Assembly (NCBI GenBank): GCA_045047115.1
Contig: JASFYR010000006.1
Span: forward strand, 1-64,000
Source: Sulfurospirillum sp.
GTDB taxonomy: Bacteria > Campylobacterota > Campylobacteria > Campylobacterales > Sulfurospirillaceae
Direction: 5' to 3'
DNA: 64,000 nt
The notes beneath the pieces are model-generated. The model was not told where the DNA came from. It searched no databases and saw only the letters and a program-made list of their open reading frames with translations. The first letter of the stretch is position 1, and every line of letters starts with the position of its first letter. Shown in pieces: positions 1 to 9,912 of the stretch. A program made the position numbers and the translations under genes.

Positions 1-1
1 A

Positions 2-103
2 TTAAAAGATTTTGATATGCTTTTGGATGCAAATTTGATACACAAGCACAAGCATAAACACAAGGACTTTTCACATTCACATTATCATAAACATTTAATT
101 TAA
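2..103 (+). CDS. 3' end of an upstream gene with a His-rich tail, probably the ATPase of an ECF-type Ni/Co transporter (NikO/CbiO-like); partial
   Basis: Frame 2 reads LKDFDMLLDANLIHKHKHKHKDFSHSHYHKHLI* (TAA 101-103); stops 13 nt before hypE; not in the ORF track. Confidence 0.6.
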   Translation, partial: LKDFDMLLDANLIHKHKHKHKDFSHSHYHKHLI

Positions 104-116
104 ACGAGGGGAAATT

Positions 117-1124
117 ATGAGCAATAGAAAGATTATGTTATCACAAGGGGGCGGTGGAGAGGAGACTACCAGTCTCATCAAAGAGCTTTTTTTTAGATAT
201 TTTAAAAATGATATTTTATTAAAGATGGAGGACGCAGCAGTTTTGAGTCTGAACTCTAAAAAAATTGCCTTTACAAGTGATTCGTTTACTGTAAGTCCGC
301 TCTTTTTTAATGGCGGAAATATAGGTAAACTTGCCATCGCAGGAACTGTAAATGATGTAGCTATGATGGGAGCAAAACCTCTGTATCTTACCTGCTCATT
401 TATGATAGAAGAGGGCTTTTTATATGATGATTTGGAAAAAATCGTCCAAAGCATGAGTGAAGAGCTGAAAGTAAGCGGTGCATTGATAGTTGCAGGGGAT
501 ACAAAGGTTGTACCAAAAGGAAGTGTTGATGGACTCTTTATCAACACAACAGGCATAGGAGAGATAGTTTGTGAGGGTATCTCTGCTCACAACTTGAGTG
601 ATGGGGACAGCATAATAGTCACAAATGAAGTAGGAAACCACGGAGCTTGCATCTTGGCAAAGAGAGAGGATATAGAACTGGATATGGAGCTTAAGAGTGA
701 TTGTGCAACTCTTTGGCCAATGGTAGAGGCTTTGATAAAAGAGGGTATAAATATAAAATCCTTTAGAGATGCCACAAGGGGAGGCTTGAGTGCGGTTTTG
801 AACGAATGGGCACAGACTTCAAAAATCTGTATAGAGGTAGATGAAGATAAAATCCCCGTAGCACCTGAAGTAAATGGTGTATGCGAGATGTTGGGATTTG
901 AGCCTTATGAGTTTGCAAATGAAGGAACCATGTTGGTTTGTATCGACAAAAAAGATACAAAAAGAGCGCTGGATGTCCTAAAAAGTTTCGATAAAACATC
1001 AAAATCTGCCTATATAGGCAAGGTAAGTCAAAAACAGAGTGAAAAAGTGATATTAAATACACCTTGGGGAAGCAGTCGCTATCTTGAACCTCCAAAGGGT
1101 GAGCTGTTACCGAGGATTTGCTGA
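117..1124 (+). CDS. hypE: Hydrogenase maturation protein HypE
   Basis: GGGG N-terminus, DSFTVSPLFF, GTVND, RDATRGG, C-terminal LPRIC. Confidence 0.97.
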   Translation: MSNRKIMLSQGGGGEETTSLIKELFFRYFKNDILLKMEDAAVLSLNSKKIAFTSDSFTVSPLFFNGGNIGKLAIAGTVNDVAMMGAKPLYLTCSFMIEEGFLYDDLEKIVQSMSEELKVSGALIVAGDTKVVPKGSVDGLFINTTGIGEIVCEGISAHNLSDGDSIIVTNEVGNHGACILAKREDIELDMELKSDCATLWPMVEALIKEGINIKSFRDATRGGLSAVLNEWAQTSKICIEVDEDKIPVAPEVNGVCEMLGFEPYEFANEGTMLVCIDKKDTKRALDVLKSFDKTSKSAYIGKVSQKQSEKVILNTPWGSSRYLEPPKGELLPRIC

Positions 1125-1465
1125 TGCATGAGTATTCGATAGTTACCTCTTTGCTTGATTTATGCGAAGAGAATGCCAAAAAAGAGGGCTCCAAAAAGAT
1201 CACAAAAGTAGAGGTCAAAATAGGGATTTTAAGCGGTGTGGAGCCGGATCTGTTGCAAACAGCATTTGATACATTTAAAGAGAAAACCATCTGTGACGGA
1301 GCAAAGTTTATAATGCACATACAAGATGTAGTTATACACTGTAACGAGTGCAATAAAGAGTTTACACTAAAGAAAAATGAGTTTAGCTGTCCAGAATGTA
1401 AAAGTTACAATATAGAGACAATAGATGGTGAAGGCATGTATCTGATGAGGCTCGAGATGGAGTAA
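1124..1465 (+). CDS. hypA: Hydrogenase nickel chaperone HypA
   Basis: MHE start (ATG 1124 overlaps hypE TGA), two CxxC motifs (CNEC, CPEC). Confidence 0.97.
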   Translation: MHEYSIVTSLLDLCEENAKKEGSKKITKVEVKIGILSGVEPDLLQTAFDTFKEKTICDGAKFIMHIQDVVIHCNECNKEFTLKKNEFSCPECKSYNIETIDGEGMYLMRLEME

Positions 1466-1483
1466 ACTGTTTGGTGCGTAAGG

Positions 1484-4039
1484 TCAGTTAAAAAGTTTTA
1501 GCGGCGATTTTATCGTTCTTTTTATGATATTTAGGGGGCTCATAATAGTATCTTGAAGTATCTGTGTTTCTACTTTTGGATTATAGACACTTCCACTCAC
1601 TTCAATATTTGTTGAGATACTCTTATCATCCCCTAAGATAATATATCCAATTAGGGGGATATTTTTTATTATTTTGCTTATATCTTTTAGTGTTTTAATT
1701 TGCAAATCCATATTTATCTCTTTTGTTTTTAAGTCCAAATACCCATAGCCACTTATATCTGCACTTGTTCCATGTAATTTTATCTGACCAAATGATAAAA
1801 TGTTTCCATTTTTTTTGAATTTAAGTATGCCATTTTTGACCAAATATCCCTGCTCATTAAAATTTGGGTCTTTCAGGAATACTAAAGAGGGTATGGTGTT
1901 GATAGTTGCCATTATATTATTAAAGAGTGAAAAATCTTTTAAAACACTATTTCTTATCCTAAATTCACCATCAAACATATCATAGCTGATGCCTTTTGAT
2001 TTTAGGTTAAAAGTGCCACCGCTGAATATATTTTTATTTAATATAGTATTTAAAAAATAACCGCTTAGATTTGATGCATGCAGGGAAAAGCTACTTCTAT
2101 TGTACTCAAAACCAAGTTGTGAATTTTTATACAGACTGTTAAATCTGATTTCATTTTTAAATTTATTTAGTGTAAAAGAGTTGCTAAGCATGGTTGAATT
2201 AAGATCATTAAGCAAAAAATTTACATTTCTTCCGTTTATGGAAAAATCTGTACTATGTGATATTTTTGTATTGTTATTGTCCAGTAAAATATCGAAATCT
2301 TTTACATTTAAAATTATATGCTTATCATATGCGAGAGAGATCATACCGTTTAGTGTGTGGGCAGAGATTTTTTTACCGTCCGTTGCTATATCAATATCAA
2401 AATCTTTTACATTTTTTTTGTGATATATGATAGGTGTTTTTATGTCATAAATTTTTAGTTTAGCGTTATATTTTTTAAAATCTTTTGTAAATATACTAAG
2501 TGTTCCCTTGTTGATTTTGTTCTCTTTGATAATAGTTGAAAAATCTATATATTTTGATATGTCTTGCAGTATAAATTGATTGTAATTTTTCTTAAAAATC
2601 AATTTGGTTTTAAGATTATCAATCTCTATTGTATTTTTGTTTTTACTCATTTTGATATATACCTGTTGATTTTTCAAACGAGATATTTGCAGTATATGGG
2701 TGCCTTTCATATCTACAACCAGAGAGTTGATATCGGCTTTACCGCTGTATATCTTTTTTTTGGTTTTCAAAATCCCGGTTGTATTTATGCTAAAAAGTTT
2801 TTTATAGACAATGTTGGAATTTTGCAAAAAAACATCATAATTATCCAGTCTAATTTTTGCATATTTTGTATAAAAAGGCACTCCTAGAATTTTGAATTTT
2901 GAATTTTTAACTGTAAACTCCCCTTTTGCATCTATACTAAAAGGGCGAAACTTTACATCTAACACTATATTTGAGTGGTTGTTACCGCTGGCTTGAGTAA
3001 TAGGGATATTTATTCCGAAGTTTTTTAGTATGTTGTGTATATATTTATCCAAAAGGGTATTTGAGCTTATATTGACGATTATACCGTTTTTAGATGTCAG
3101 TATATTATATATGTGTATATCATTTATTTTGATTTTTTTCTTTTCATATGTTGGAGCAAGAAGGTAAAATGAAAGAGTATTTTTTGAGAGTTTTACTTTA
3201 ACTTGTTTAGCATATGCAGGGGCAACTAAAGGGTGAAATTTTATTCTGACATTTTTTGCTGTGGCTCTGCCTTTGATTAGTTTTGGATAAAACTCTTTGG
3301 TTTTCAGGTTGAATCTACCTTTTAAGTAGTCGAGTTTATATCTTTTAGCCACAATTTTTTTATATATCCAGGCATTTGCAAGCGGCTCAATAAAAACTTT
3401 TGAATTTATAAATTTCATTATCGGTTTTAGTGAATTGAAAGTATCTGTTTTTAATTTATAGTTTAGTATATTTCCATCTATATCTATACTTGCATTTCCA
3501 TCTATATTTAAAATATTAAATCTTCCATTGTAGTTATATATCTTTTTTTTGAGATTTAGTGCCAATTCTCCTTTTAATTCAATTTTATAGTCTTTTAAAA
3601 TCATCTGATTTATCTTTAAGTCTATAATTCTGCCTGCCTCTTGAGTCACTTTCGCATCAAGGGTCAGGAACTTACTGTTTGCATAAAAAATATCATCTTT
3701 ATACAAAAGGCTTACTTTTTCATCATTGTAATTTATGTTTTTAAGTGATATGGATTTAAATAGAGGATTTAAGTATTTGAAATAGCTGATGATTTTATTT
3801 ATTTCATAACTGGATGTTTGAGATTTAGAATCTCTTTTGAAATCAACTCTATAGGCACTTACAGTAAATTTTTTATCTAATTTTATATATAAATTTTCTA
3901 TTTTTAACTTTGGTAAGGTTAGATGTTGTATACTTATACCATGCATCAGCAGGCCAATCAAAGTTATGAAAGTTACTAGAATGAGTAAAAAAACTATCCA
4001 AATTTTTCTAATCACATGTGATGTAGCATTGATAATCAT
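1484..4039 (-). CDS. AsmA-like/YhdP-type (DUF3971) envelope protein
   Basis: 851 aa, N-terminal TM anchor, beta-rich body, C-terminal 'IKNIPLIGYIILG...VSGSVYNPKV' typical of AsmA-like C-termini. Confidence 0.75.
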   Translation of the reverse strand: MIINATSHVIRKIWIVFLLILVTFITLIGLLMHGISIQHLTLPKLKIENLYIKLDKKFTVSAYRVDFKRDSKSQTSSYEINKIISYFKYLNPLFKSISLKNINYNDEKVSLLYKDDIFYANSKFLTLDAKVTQEAGRIIDLKINQMILKDYKIELKGELALNLKKKIYNYNGRFNILNIDGNASIDIDGNILNYKLKTDTFNSLKPIMKFINSKVFIEPLANAWIYKKIVAKRYKLDYLKGRFNLKTKEFYPKLIKGRATAKNVRIKFHPLVAPAYAKQVKVKLSKNTLSFYLLAPTYEKKKIKINDIHIYNILTSKNGIIVNISSNTLLDKYIHNILKNFGINIPITQASGNNHSNIVLDVKFRPFSIDAKGEFTVKNSKFKILGVPFYTKYAKIRLDNYDVFLQNSNIVYKKLFSINTTGILKTKKKIYSGKADINSLVVDMKGTHILQISRLKNQQVYIKMSKNKNTIEIDNLKTKLIFKKNYNQFILQDISKYIDFSTIIKENKINKGTLSIFTKDFKKYNAKLKIYDIKTPIIYHKKNVKDFDIDIATDGKKISAHTLNGMISLAYDKHIILNVKDFDILLDNNNTKISHSTDFSINGRNVNFLLNDLNSTMLSNSFTLNKFKNEIRFNSLYKNSQLGFEYNRSSFSLHASNLSGYFLNTILNKNIFSGGTFNLKSKGISYDMFDGEFRIRNSVLKDFSLFNNIMATINTIPSLVFLKDPNFNEQGYLVKNGILKFKKNGNILSFGQIKLHGTSADISGYGYLDLKTKEINMDLQIKTLKDISKIIKNIPLIGYIILGDDKSISTNIEVSGSVYNPKVETQILQDTIMSPLNIIKRTIKSPLKLFN

Positions 4040-4928
4040 GATCTCTCTTATTTTTCATTTGGCTAGACCCATGGAAACAAGCAAAGTTGTCTATATTCCA
4101 AGAGGCTCCGTATCTCAAATTATATCATATCTTGAGACAAATAATTTTTCTATATCTAAAAGAGCAGATAAGTACCTTCTGTATTTTATAGGAAAACCTC
4201 AATTTGGATGGATAAATATAGGAGAAACCAGACTAAGCAGAGGTGATTTCTTCTATAAGCTTTCACACTCAAAAGCCGCTTTAAAAACGCTCACTTTGAT
4301 ACCTGGAGAGACTACTGTAGTCTTTTTAAAAAAGACTTCAAAAGAATTTAATCTATCTTTTGGTAAATTATATAACTTTTTTATCCAAAGCTCACCTTTT
4401 AAAGAGGGTTTGCTTATCCCTGAAAGCTACAATATGCCTATGGGAATCAGTGAAAAACATTTGATATATTATCTGATTAACAGTTCTTTGAAAACGCATA
4501 AAGAGAACTCTATGAAAATCTTCGGAGAGTATAATCAAGACAAATGGTACAAGTATTTAATCGTCGCCTCCATTATTCAGAAAGAGGCTGCGAATAAAAA
4601 AGAGATGCCTATAGTTTCATCTGTTATATATAATAGATTAAAAAAGAAGATGAAGCTCCAGATGGATGGTGCTCTGAATTATGGCTTGTACTCTCATATT
4701 AAAGTTACGGCCCGAAGGATAAAAGAGGATAAGACAAAGTATAATACATACAGATACAGTGGATTACCAAAGTATCCTGTTTGCAATGTCGGCAAAGCTG
4801 CAATCATCGCAGCAATATTTCCTAAAAAAACAGGTTTTTTATATTTTGTAAAAAACAGCAAAGGAGTACACTATTTTTCCAAGACATACAAGAGACATAA
4901 AATGTATGTTAAAAAGCTGCAAAAATGA
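3981..4928 (+). CDS. mltG: Endolytic transglycosylase MltG (YceG); start could be 3966
   Basis: LIVASIIQKE, SVIYNRL, MKLQMD, YNTYRYSGLP, LYFV motifs. Confidence 0.92.
   Translation: MSKKTIQIFLITCDVALIIMISLIFHLARPMETSKVVYIPRGSVSQIISYLETNNFSISKRADKYLLYFIGKPQFGWINIGETRLSRGDFFYKLSHSKAALKTLTLIPGETTVVFLKKTSKEFNLSFGKLYNFFIQSSPFKEGLLIPESYNMPMGISEKHLIYYLINSSLKTHKENSMKIFGEYNQDKWYKYLIVASIIQKEAANKKEMPIVSSVIYNRLKKKMKLQMDGALNYGLYSHIKVTARRIKEDKTKYNTYRYSGLPKYPVCNVGKAAIIAAIFPKKTGFLYFVKNSKGVHYFSKTYKRHKMYVKKLQK
4119..4127 (-). promoter_or_regulatory. Putative extended -10 promoter (TGaTATAAT) for the AsmA-like gene, inside mltG
   Basis: Minus strand reads TGATATAAT about 80 nt upstream of ATG 4039. Confidence 0.45.
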
Positions 4929-5087
4929 AGTATCATGATAATAATAACATTATTTTAACAGATTAATTAAGTTTTTATGATATTTTTTATAAAGTAAGTG
5001 ATATAGTGTGTAAGAGAATAGATAACATAACTAAAGTTTATTTTTTTTATTGACTTTGGTTATCTTATCAACAAGTAAGGAGAAAAA

Positions 5088-7298
5088 ATGAGTCAGGTTA
5101 ATCCAACGATTATATATACAAAAGTAGATGAGGCGCCGGCGCTTGCCACATATTCACTTCTTCCGATAGTGCAAGCCTTTACAAAATATGCAAATGTAAA
5201 TGTGGAGAACAGAGACATTTCGCTCTCATCAAGAATTATTGCGACATTTAGTGATGCTCTAAAAGATGATCAAAAGATGAGTGATGAACTAGATTACTTA
5301 GGTGAAGTAGTACATGAGCCAGAAGGAAATATAATAAAACTTCCAAATATATCGGCTTCAATTCCTCAACTCAAAGCCTGTATAGCTGAACTACAAAGCA
5401 AAGGATATGATTTGCCTGAGTATCCTGAAAATCCATCAAATGAAGAAGAAGCGGCACTACAAGTTAAGTATGCACACTGCTTGGGAAGTGCGGTAAATCC
5501 GGTTCTTCGTGAAGGAAATTCAGATAGAAGAGCTGCTCTTGCAGTTAAAAATTATGCAAAAAAACACCCTCATAGGCTAAGAGCAATATCCAAAGACGTA
5601 AAAACTTATGTAGCACATATGGAAGATGGTGACTTTTACGGCAATGAGCAATCTGTTGTTAAAAATGGTGATGGCAAGGTGAGTATTGAATTAAACGGGA
5701 AAACTTTAAAAGAGATAGATGCTCTTGATTGTGAGATACTCGATGGTGCATTTATGTCAGCTTCCGCTCTAGAAGAGTTTTTAGCCAAAACTATCAATGA
5801 TGCAAAAGAAGAGGGTCTTTTATGGTCTTTGCATCTTAAAGCAACCATGATGAAAGTAAGCGACCCTGTTATATTTGGTCATGCAGTTGAAGTATTTTTT
5901 AATGATGTATTTAAAAAATACGCACCGGAATTTGCGCAGATTGGAGTAAATCCAAATTTAGGACTGGGGGACTTATATAAAAAACTAGACTCCTTACCGG
6001 ATGATAAAAGAGTACAGATTGAGTATGCAATCACAAAACAGTATGAAAGCAGGCCAAACATAGCTATGGTTGACAGTGATAACGGCATCACAAATCTACA
6101 CGCATCAAATGACATCATCATAGATGCCTCTATGCCCGTTGTTATAAGAGACGGGGGTCAAATGTGGAATAAAGACGGAAATCTTCAAGAGTGTGTAGCT
6201 GTTATACCGGATAGAAGCTATGCAAAACTCTACAAAGAGACTATAAAAGACTGTATTAAAAACGGTCAATTTGATGTGACTACGATGGGTAGCGTGTCAA
6301 ATGTAGGACTTATGGCACAAAAAGCAGAAGAGTATGGCTCACATCCAACCACTTTTATAATGTCAGAAGATGGGACACTCGAAGTAAAAGACGGTGATGG
6401 TGTGGTTCTTATGAGTTTTAATGTCCAAAAAGGCGATATTTGGAGAATGAGCAGAGCTAAAGATATCCCGATAAAAGATTGGGTTAGATTAGCTCATGAA
6501 AGAGGTAAACTAACAGGTGAACCGGTTGTTTTTTGGTTGGATTCAAATCGTGCACATGATGCTAATTTGATAACAAAGGTATTTGAATATTTGCCAGAAT
6601 ATTTAAAAAAAGAACCTATAGAGTATCATATAATGGCACCTGAGCTTGCTATGAGATTTTCACTAAAAAGAGTAAGACTTGGATTAAACACAATCAGTGC
6701 AACAGGAAATATCATAAGAGATTATTTGACTGACCTGTTTCCGATACTAGAGCTTGGGACTAGCGCTAAAATGTTATCTATCGTCCCTTTACTTGCCGGA
6801 GGAGGACTTTTTGAGACAGGTGCCGGAGGAAGTGCGCCAAAACATGTTGATCAATTTTTAAAAGAGGGTCATCTCAGATGGGACAGTTTGGGTGAATTTT
6901 TAGCACTTGCCGAATCATTAAGATATATAAATCAAAAACATCATTCAAAAGAGTTGGATGCAATGGTTAAAACATTAGATAAAGCAAATGCAGATTATTT
7001 GGATAACAACAAATCACCTGGTAGAAAAGTTGGTGAACCCGACAATAAAGCAAGCCATTTTTATCTGGCGCTTTATTGGGCAAAAGCATTGGCAAATTCA
7101 GATGTTGCAGAATTATCAGAAAAATTCTCTCCTGTGGCAAAAGCATTGGAAGAAAACGAAGAAAAAATAGTCGAAGAGTTACTTAGTGTTGAAGGGAAAG
7201 AGCAAGATGTTGGCGGATATTATCAGCCAAATGACGAACTTGCAAGTAAGGCTATGAGGCCGAGTTCGACCTTAAATTCAATAATTGATTCTATATAA
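5088..7298 (+). CDS. icd: Monomeric NADP-dependent isocitrate dehydrogenase
   Basis: 736 aa; YTKVDEAPALAT, SAVNPVLREGNSDRR, FETGAGGSAPKH. Confidence 0.97.
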   Translation: MSQVNPTIIYTKVDEAPALATYSLLPIVQAFTKYANVNVENRDISLSSRIIATFSDALKDDQKMSDELDYLGEVVHEPEGNIIKLPNISASIPQLKACIAELQSKGYDLPEYPENPSNEEEAALQVKYAHCLGSAVNPVLREGNSDRRAALAVKNYAKKHPHRLRAISKDVKTYVAHMEDGDFYGNEQSVVKNGDGKVSIELNGKTLKEIDALDCEILDGAFMSASALEEFLAKTINDAKEEGLLWSLHLKATMMKVSDPVIFGHAVEVFFNDVFKKYAPEFAQIGVNPNLGLGDLYKKLDSLPDDKRVQIEYAITKQYESRPNIAMVDSDNGITNLHASNDIIIDASMPVVIRDGGQMWNKDGNLQECVAVIPDRSYAKLYKETIKDCIKNGQFDVTTMGSVSNVGLMAQKAEEYGSHPTTFIMSEDGTLEVKDGDGVVLMSFNVQKGDIWRMSRAKDIPIKDWVRLAHERGKLTGEPVVFWLDSNRAHDANLITKVFEYLPEYLKKEPIEYHIMAPELAMRFSLKRVRLGLNTISATGNIIRDYLTDLFPILELGTSAKMLSIVPLLAGGGLFETGAGGSAPKHVDQFLKEGHLRWDSLGEFLALAESLRYINQKHHSKELDAMVKTLDKANADYLDNNKSPGRKVGEPDNKASHFYLALYWAKALANSDVAELSEKFSPVAKALEENEEKIVEELLSVEGKEQDVGGYYQPNDELASKAMRPSSTLNSIIDSI

Positions 7299-7338
7299 TA
7301 TAGGCTGAGGGGAAAGCTAAAATTTATGGAGAATTTAT

Positions 7339-8310
7339 ATGAGTGCAAAAAGTAAAGTTTCAGTTGTTGGGGCTGGTGGAAATGTTGGCGGTATTGTAGC
7401 CTATTCGGTTGCTATGCATGGTATGGCTCATTCAGTTGTGCTCGTGGACAGGGATATCGACAGAGCCAGAGGAAAGGCGCTCGATATGAATCAAGCTGCA
7501 GCGGCTATGCGTTCACATACCTGTGTTACAGTTGCCGAGAGCTATGAAGATGTAAGAGACAGTAAGATTGTAGTTATCACTGCTGGTTTTCCAAGAAAAG
7601 AGGGAATGAGTCGTGATGATTTACTAATGAAAAATGCTGAGATTATGAGAGAGGTTGTAGCTCAAGTAAAAGAGGTTGCACCCGAATCTATTTTGATTAT
7701 TGTTTCAAATCCGCTTGATACGATGACTTATGTTGCATTAAAAGAATCAGGTTTTCCGAAAAGCAGAGTTATTGGGATGGCCGGTATCTTGGACAGTGCC
7801 AGGATGACTCACTTTATACAAGAAAAACTGGGCTTTGGTGCAGGACAGATTAGATCAACTGTTATCGGCGGACATGGAGATACCATGGTGGCATTGCCTA
7901 GATTTTCTACAGTAGCAGGTATTCCTCTTCACGATTTGCTAAGCGAAGATGAAATAGATGAAATTGTTGAAAAAACCAGACATGGTGGCGCTGAGATAGT
8001 TAAGTACTTGGGTACTTCTGCTTATTTAGCGCCAGGAAAAGCGACTGCCCTTATGATAGAGTCGATTTTAATGGACTCTAAAAAGATATATTCCTGCGCA
8101 GCACTGCTGGAGGGTGAATATGGATATAAAAATGTAGTTGGAGGTGTACCTGTTATGCTAGGAGCAAATGGAGCAGAAAGAATCATAACTGTTTCACTGG
8201 ACTCGTGTGAAAAAAAACAGTTTGAACACAGTGTAACATCTGTTCAAGATACCATAGGGGTACTGTACAAGAAAAAATTTTTCGGGGAGGAAAAATATGA
8301 GAGAGATTAA
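7339..8310 (+). CDS. mdh: Malate dehydrogenase (LDH-like family)
   Basis: GAGGNVG Rossmann motif, AGFPRKEGMSRDDLL, VSNPLD, GGHGD. Confidence 0.95.
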   Translation: MSAKSKVSVVGAGGNVGGIVAYSVAMHGMAHSVVLVDRDIDRARGKALDMNQAAAAMRSHTCVTVAESYEDVRDSKIVVITAGFPRKEGMSRDDLLMKNAEIMREVVAQVKEVAPESILIIVSNPLDTMTYVALKESGFPKSRVIGMAGILDSARMTHFIQEKLGFGAGQIRSTVIGGHGDTMVALPRFSTVAGIPLHDLLSEDEIDEIVEKTRHGGAEIVKYLGTSAYLAPGKATALMIESILMDSKKIYSCAALLEGEYGYKNVVGGVPVMLGANGAERIITVSLDSCEKKQFEHSVTSVQDTIGVLYKKKFFGEEKYERD

Positions 8311-9148
8311 ATATGAGGATATAGTAAAGGCTGTCAGAGATCATATCATCTACAGCGGCACAAACTTATCCAAAGATGCACTCGCGGCTCTTAATAAAGC
8401 TTATGAGGAGGAAGAGAGTCCTGTATGTAAAGAAGTTCTTAAACAACTTCTGGAAAATGCAGATATTGCGGCAAGTGAAGCTAGACCGCTATGTCAAGAT
8501 ACAGGATTGGCGGTTTTCTTTGTGAAGGTCGGAGAAGATCTTAAAGTTGTTGGAGGCACTCTTAAGGATGCCATCAATGAAGGCACGGAAAAAGGCTATG
8601 AAGAGGGATACTTTAGAGCTTCAACATGCATTTGGAATACCAGAGCAAATCTAAAAGATGAAGTTGGGTATAATCTTCCTGCTATCATCCACTTTGACTT
8701 AGTTGCGGGTGATGGGCTTGAAATAGAGTATGCTGCAAAGGGTGGTGGAAGTGAAAATGTAAGTCGTGCCACTGTATTGCCACCGGCTGCCGGACGAGAA
8801 GGGATAGTAAACTTCGTCAAAGAAGTCGTTTCAAATGCAGGACCAAATCCTTGCCCTCCTATCATCGTGGGTGTTGGAATTGGTGGAACATTTGAAAAAG
8901 CGGCAATTTCAAGCAAACATGCGCTTTTTAGAACAGTAGGCACTACAAATGAAGACGAAGTCTTAAATGACATGGAAGGCGAATTAATGACAAAACTCAA
9001 CAATCTTGGAATCGGTGCTATGGGCATGGGTGGAAGAGAGACAGTTTTGGGAGTCCATATAGAAGCCAACCCTTGCCATATAGCTTCCTTGCCTGTTAGT
9101 GTAAATGTACAATGTCACAGTAGCAGACATACATCTTTTAAGCTTTAA
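8297..9148 (+). CDS. Fe-S fumarate hydratase class I, alpha subunit
   Basis: PLCQDTG, KGGGSEN, NPCPP, CHIASLPV, QCHS motifs; TCA context. Confidence 0.9.
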   Translation: MREIKYEDIVKAVRDHIIYSGTNLSKDALAALNKAYEEEESPVCKEVLKQLLENADIAASEARPLCQDTGLAVFFVKVGEDLKVVGGTLKDAINEGTEKGYEEGYFRASTCIWNTRANLKDEVGYNLPAIIHFDLVAGDGLEIEYAAKGGGSENVSRATVLPPAAGREGIVNFVKEVVSNAGPNPCPPIIVGVGIGGTFEKAAISSKHALFRTVGTTNEDEVLNDMEGELMTKLNNLGIGAMGMGGRETVLGVHIEANPCHIASLPVSVNVQCHSSRHTSFKL

Positions 9149-9158
9149 GGAGAAAGAG

Positions 9159-9722
9159 ATGAGCAAAACATATCATTTGAGAGCACCTCTAAGCGATGAG
9201 GATGTAGTACAGTTAAAAGTAGGCGATATTGTATATCTAAGTGGAATTATCTATACAGCAAGAGATGCTGCACATAAAAAGTTGATAGATTTGATGGATG
9301 AAGGAAAAGAGCTTCCTTTTGATGTCAAAGGCTCAGTCATATACTTTGTTGGACCAACTCCTCCAAAACCGGGAGACCCAATTGGGAGTGCAGGACCAAC
9401 TACAAGTTATAGAATGGATTCATACTCTCCAAGACTTATCAATGAAATGGGTCAAAAAGGTATGATTGGAAAAGGAAAAAGAAATCAAGAAGTAATAGAT
9501 GCCTGTGTAAAATCAAAAGCTATCTATTTTGGCGCAACAGGAGGTGCCGGAGCACTTTTGGCTCGTCAGATAAAGAGTGCAGAAGTTATAGCATACCCGG
9601 AATTAGGACCTGAAGCCATAAGAAAGCTTGAAGTAGTTGATTTTCCACTTACTGTGGTAAATGATACTTATGGAGATGATTTATATAAGATAGGTCGTGC
9701 CAAATACGAGATAAAAGATTGA
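9159..9722 (+). CDS. Fe-S fumarate hydratase class I, beta subunit
   Basis: TARDAAH, SAGPTTSYRM, MIGKG, GPEAI; RBS AAGGAG then ATG 9159. Confidence 0.9.
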   Translation: MSKTYHLRAPLSDEDVVQLKVGDIVYLSGIIYTARDAAHKKLIDLMDEGKELPFDVKGSVIYFVGPTPPKPGDPIGSAGPTTSYRMDSYSPRLINEMGQKGMIGKGKRNQEVIDACVKSKAIYFGATGGAGALLARQIKSAEVIAYPELGPEAIRKLEVVDFPLTVVNDTYGDDLYKIGRAKYEIKD

Positions 9723-9726
9723 TAAT

Positions 9727-9765
9727 TTGACCTGTAGGCATAAACATAAAAAGTTTACAGGTCAA
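9727..9765 (+). terminator. Stem-loop after the fumarase beta gene
   Basis: TTGACCTGTA (9727-9736) / TACAGGTCAA (9756-9765) perfect 10-bp inverted repeat; weak U-tract. Confidence 0.5.
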
Positions 9766-9912
9766 CTTAAAATCAGATAAAATAATAAATCAAGATTTTA
9801 TTTAATTAGTATGTTAAATAAAATAATAATAAAGTTACGCGATAGAATTATTACCAAATCAATAAACATAGAGTAATGTCTATTAATTTGGTAATAAAAT
9901 CAAGGAGACTAT

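Noticed and set aside
4937..4954. Fur-box-like GATAATAATAACATTATT upstream of icd
   Set aside because: One base short of the 19-bp consensus and in a very AT-rich spacer; chance match likely
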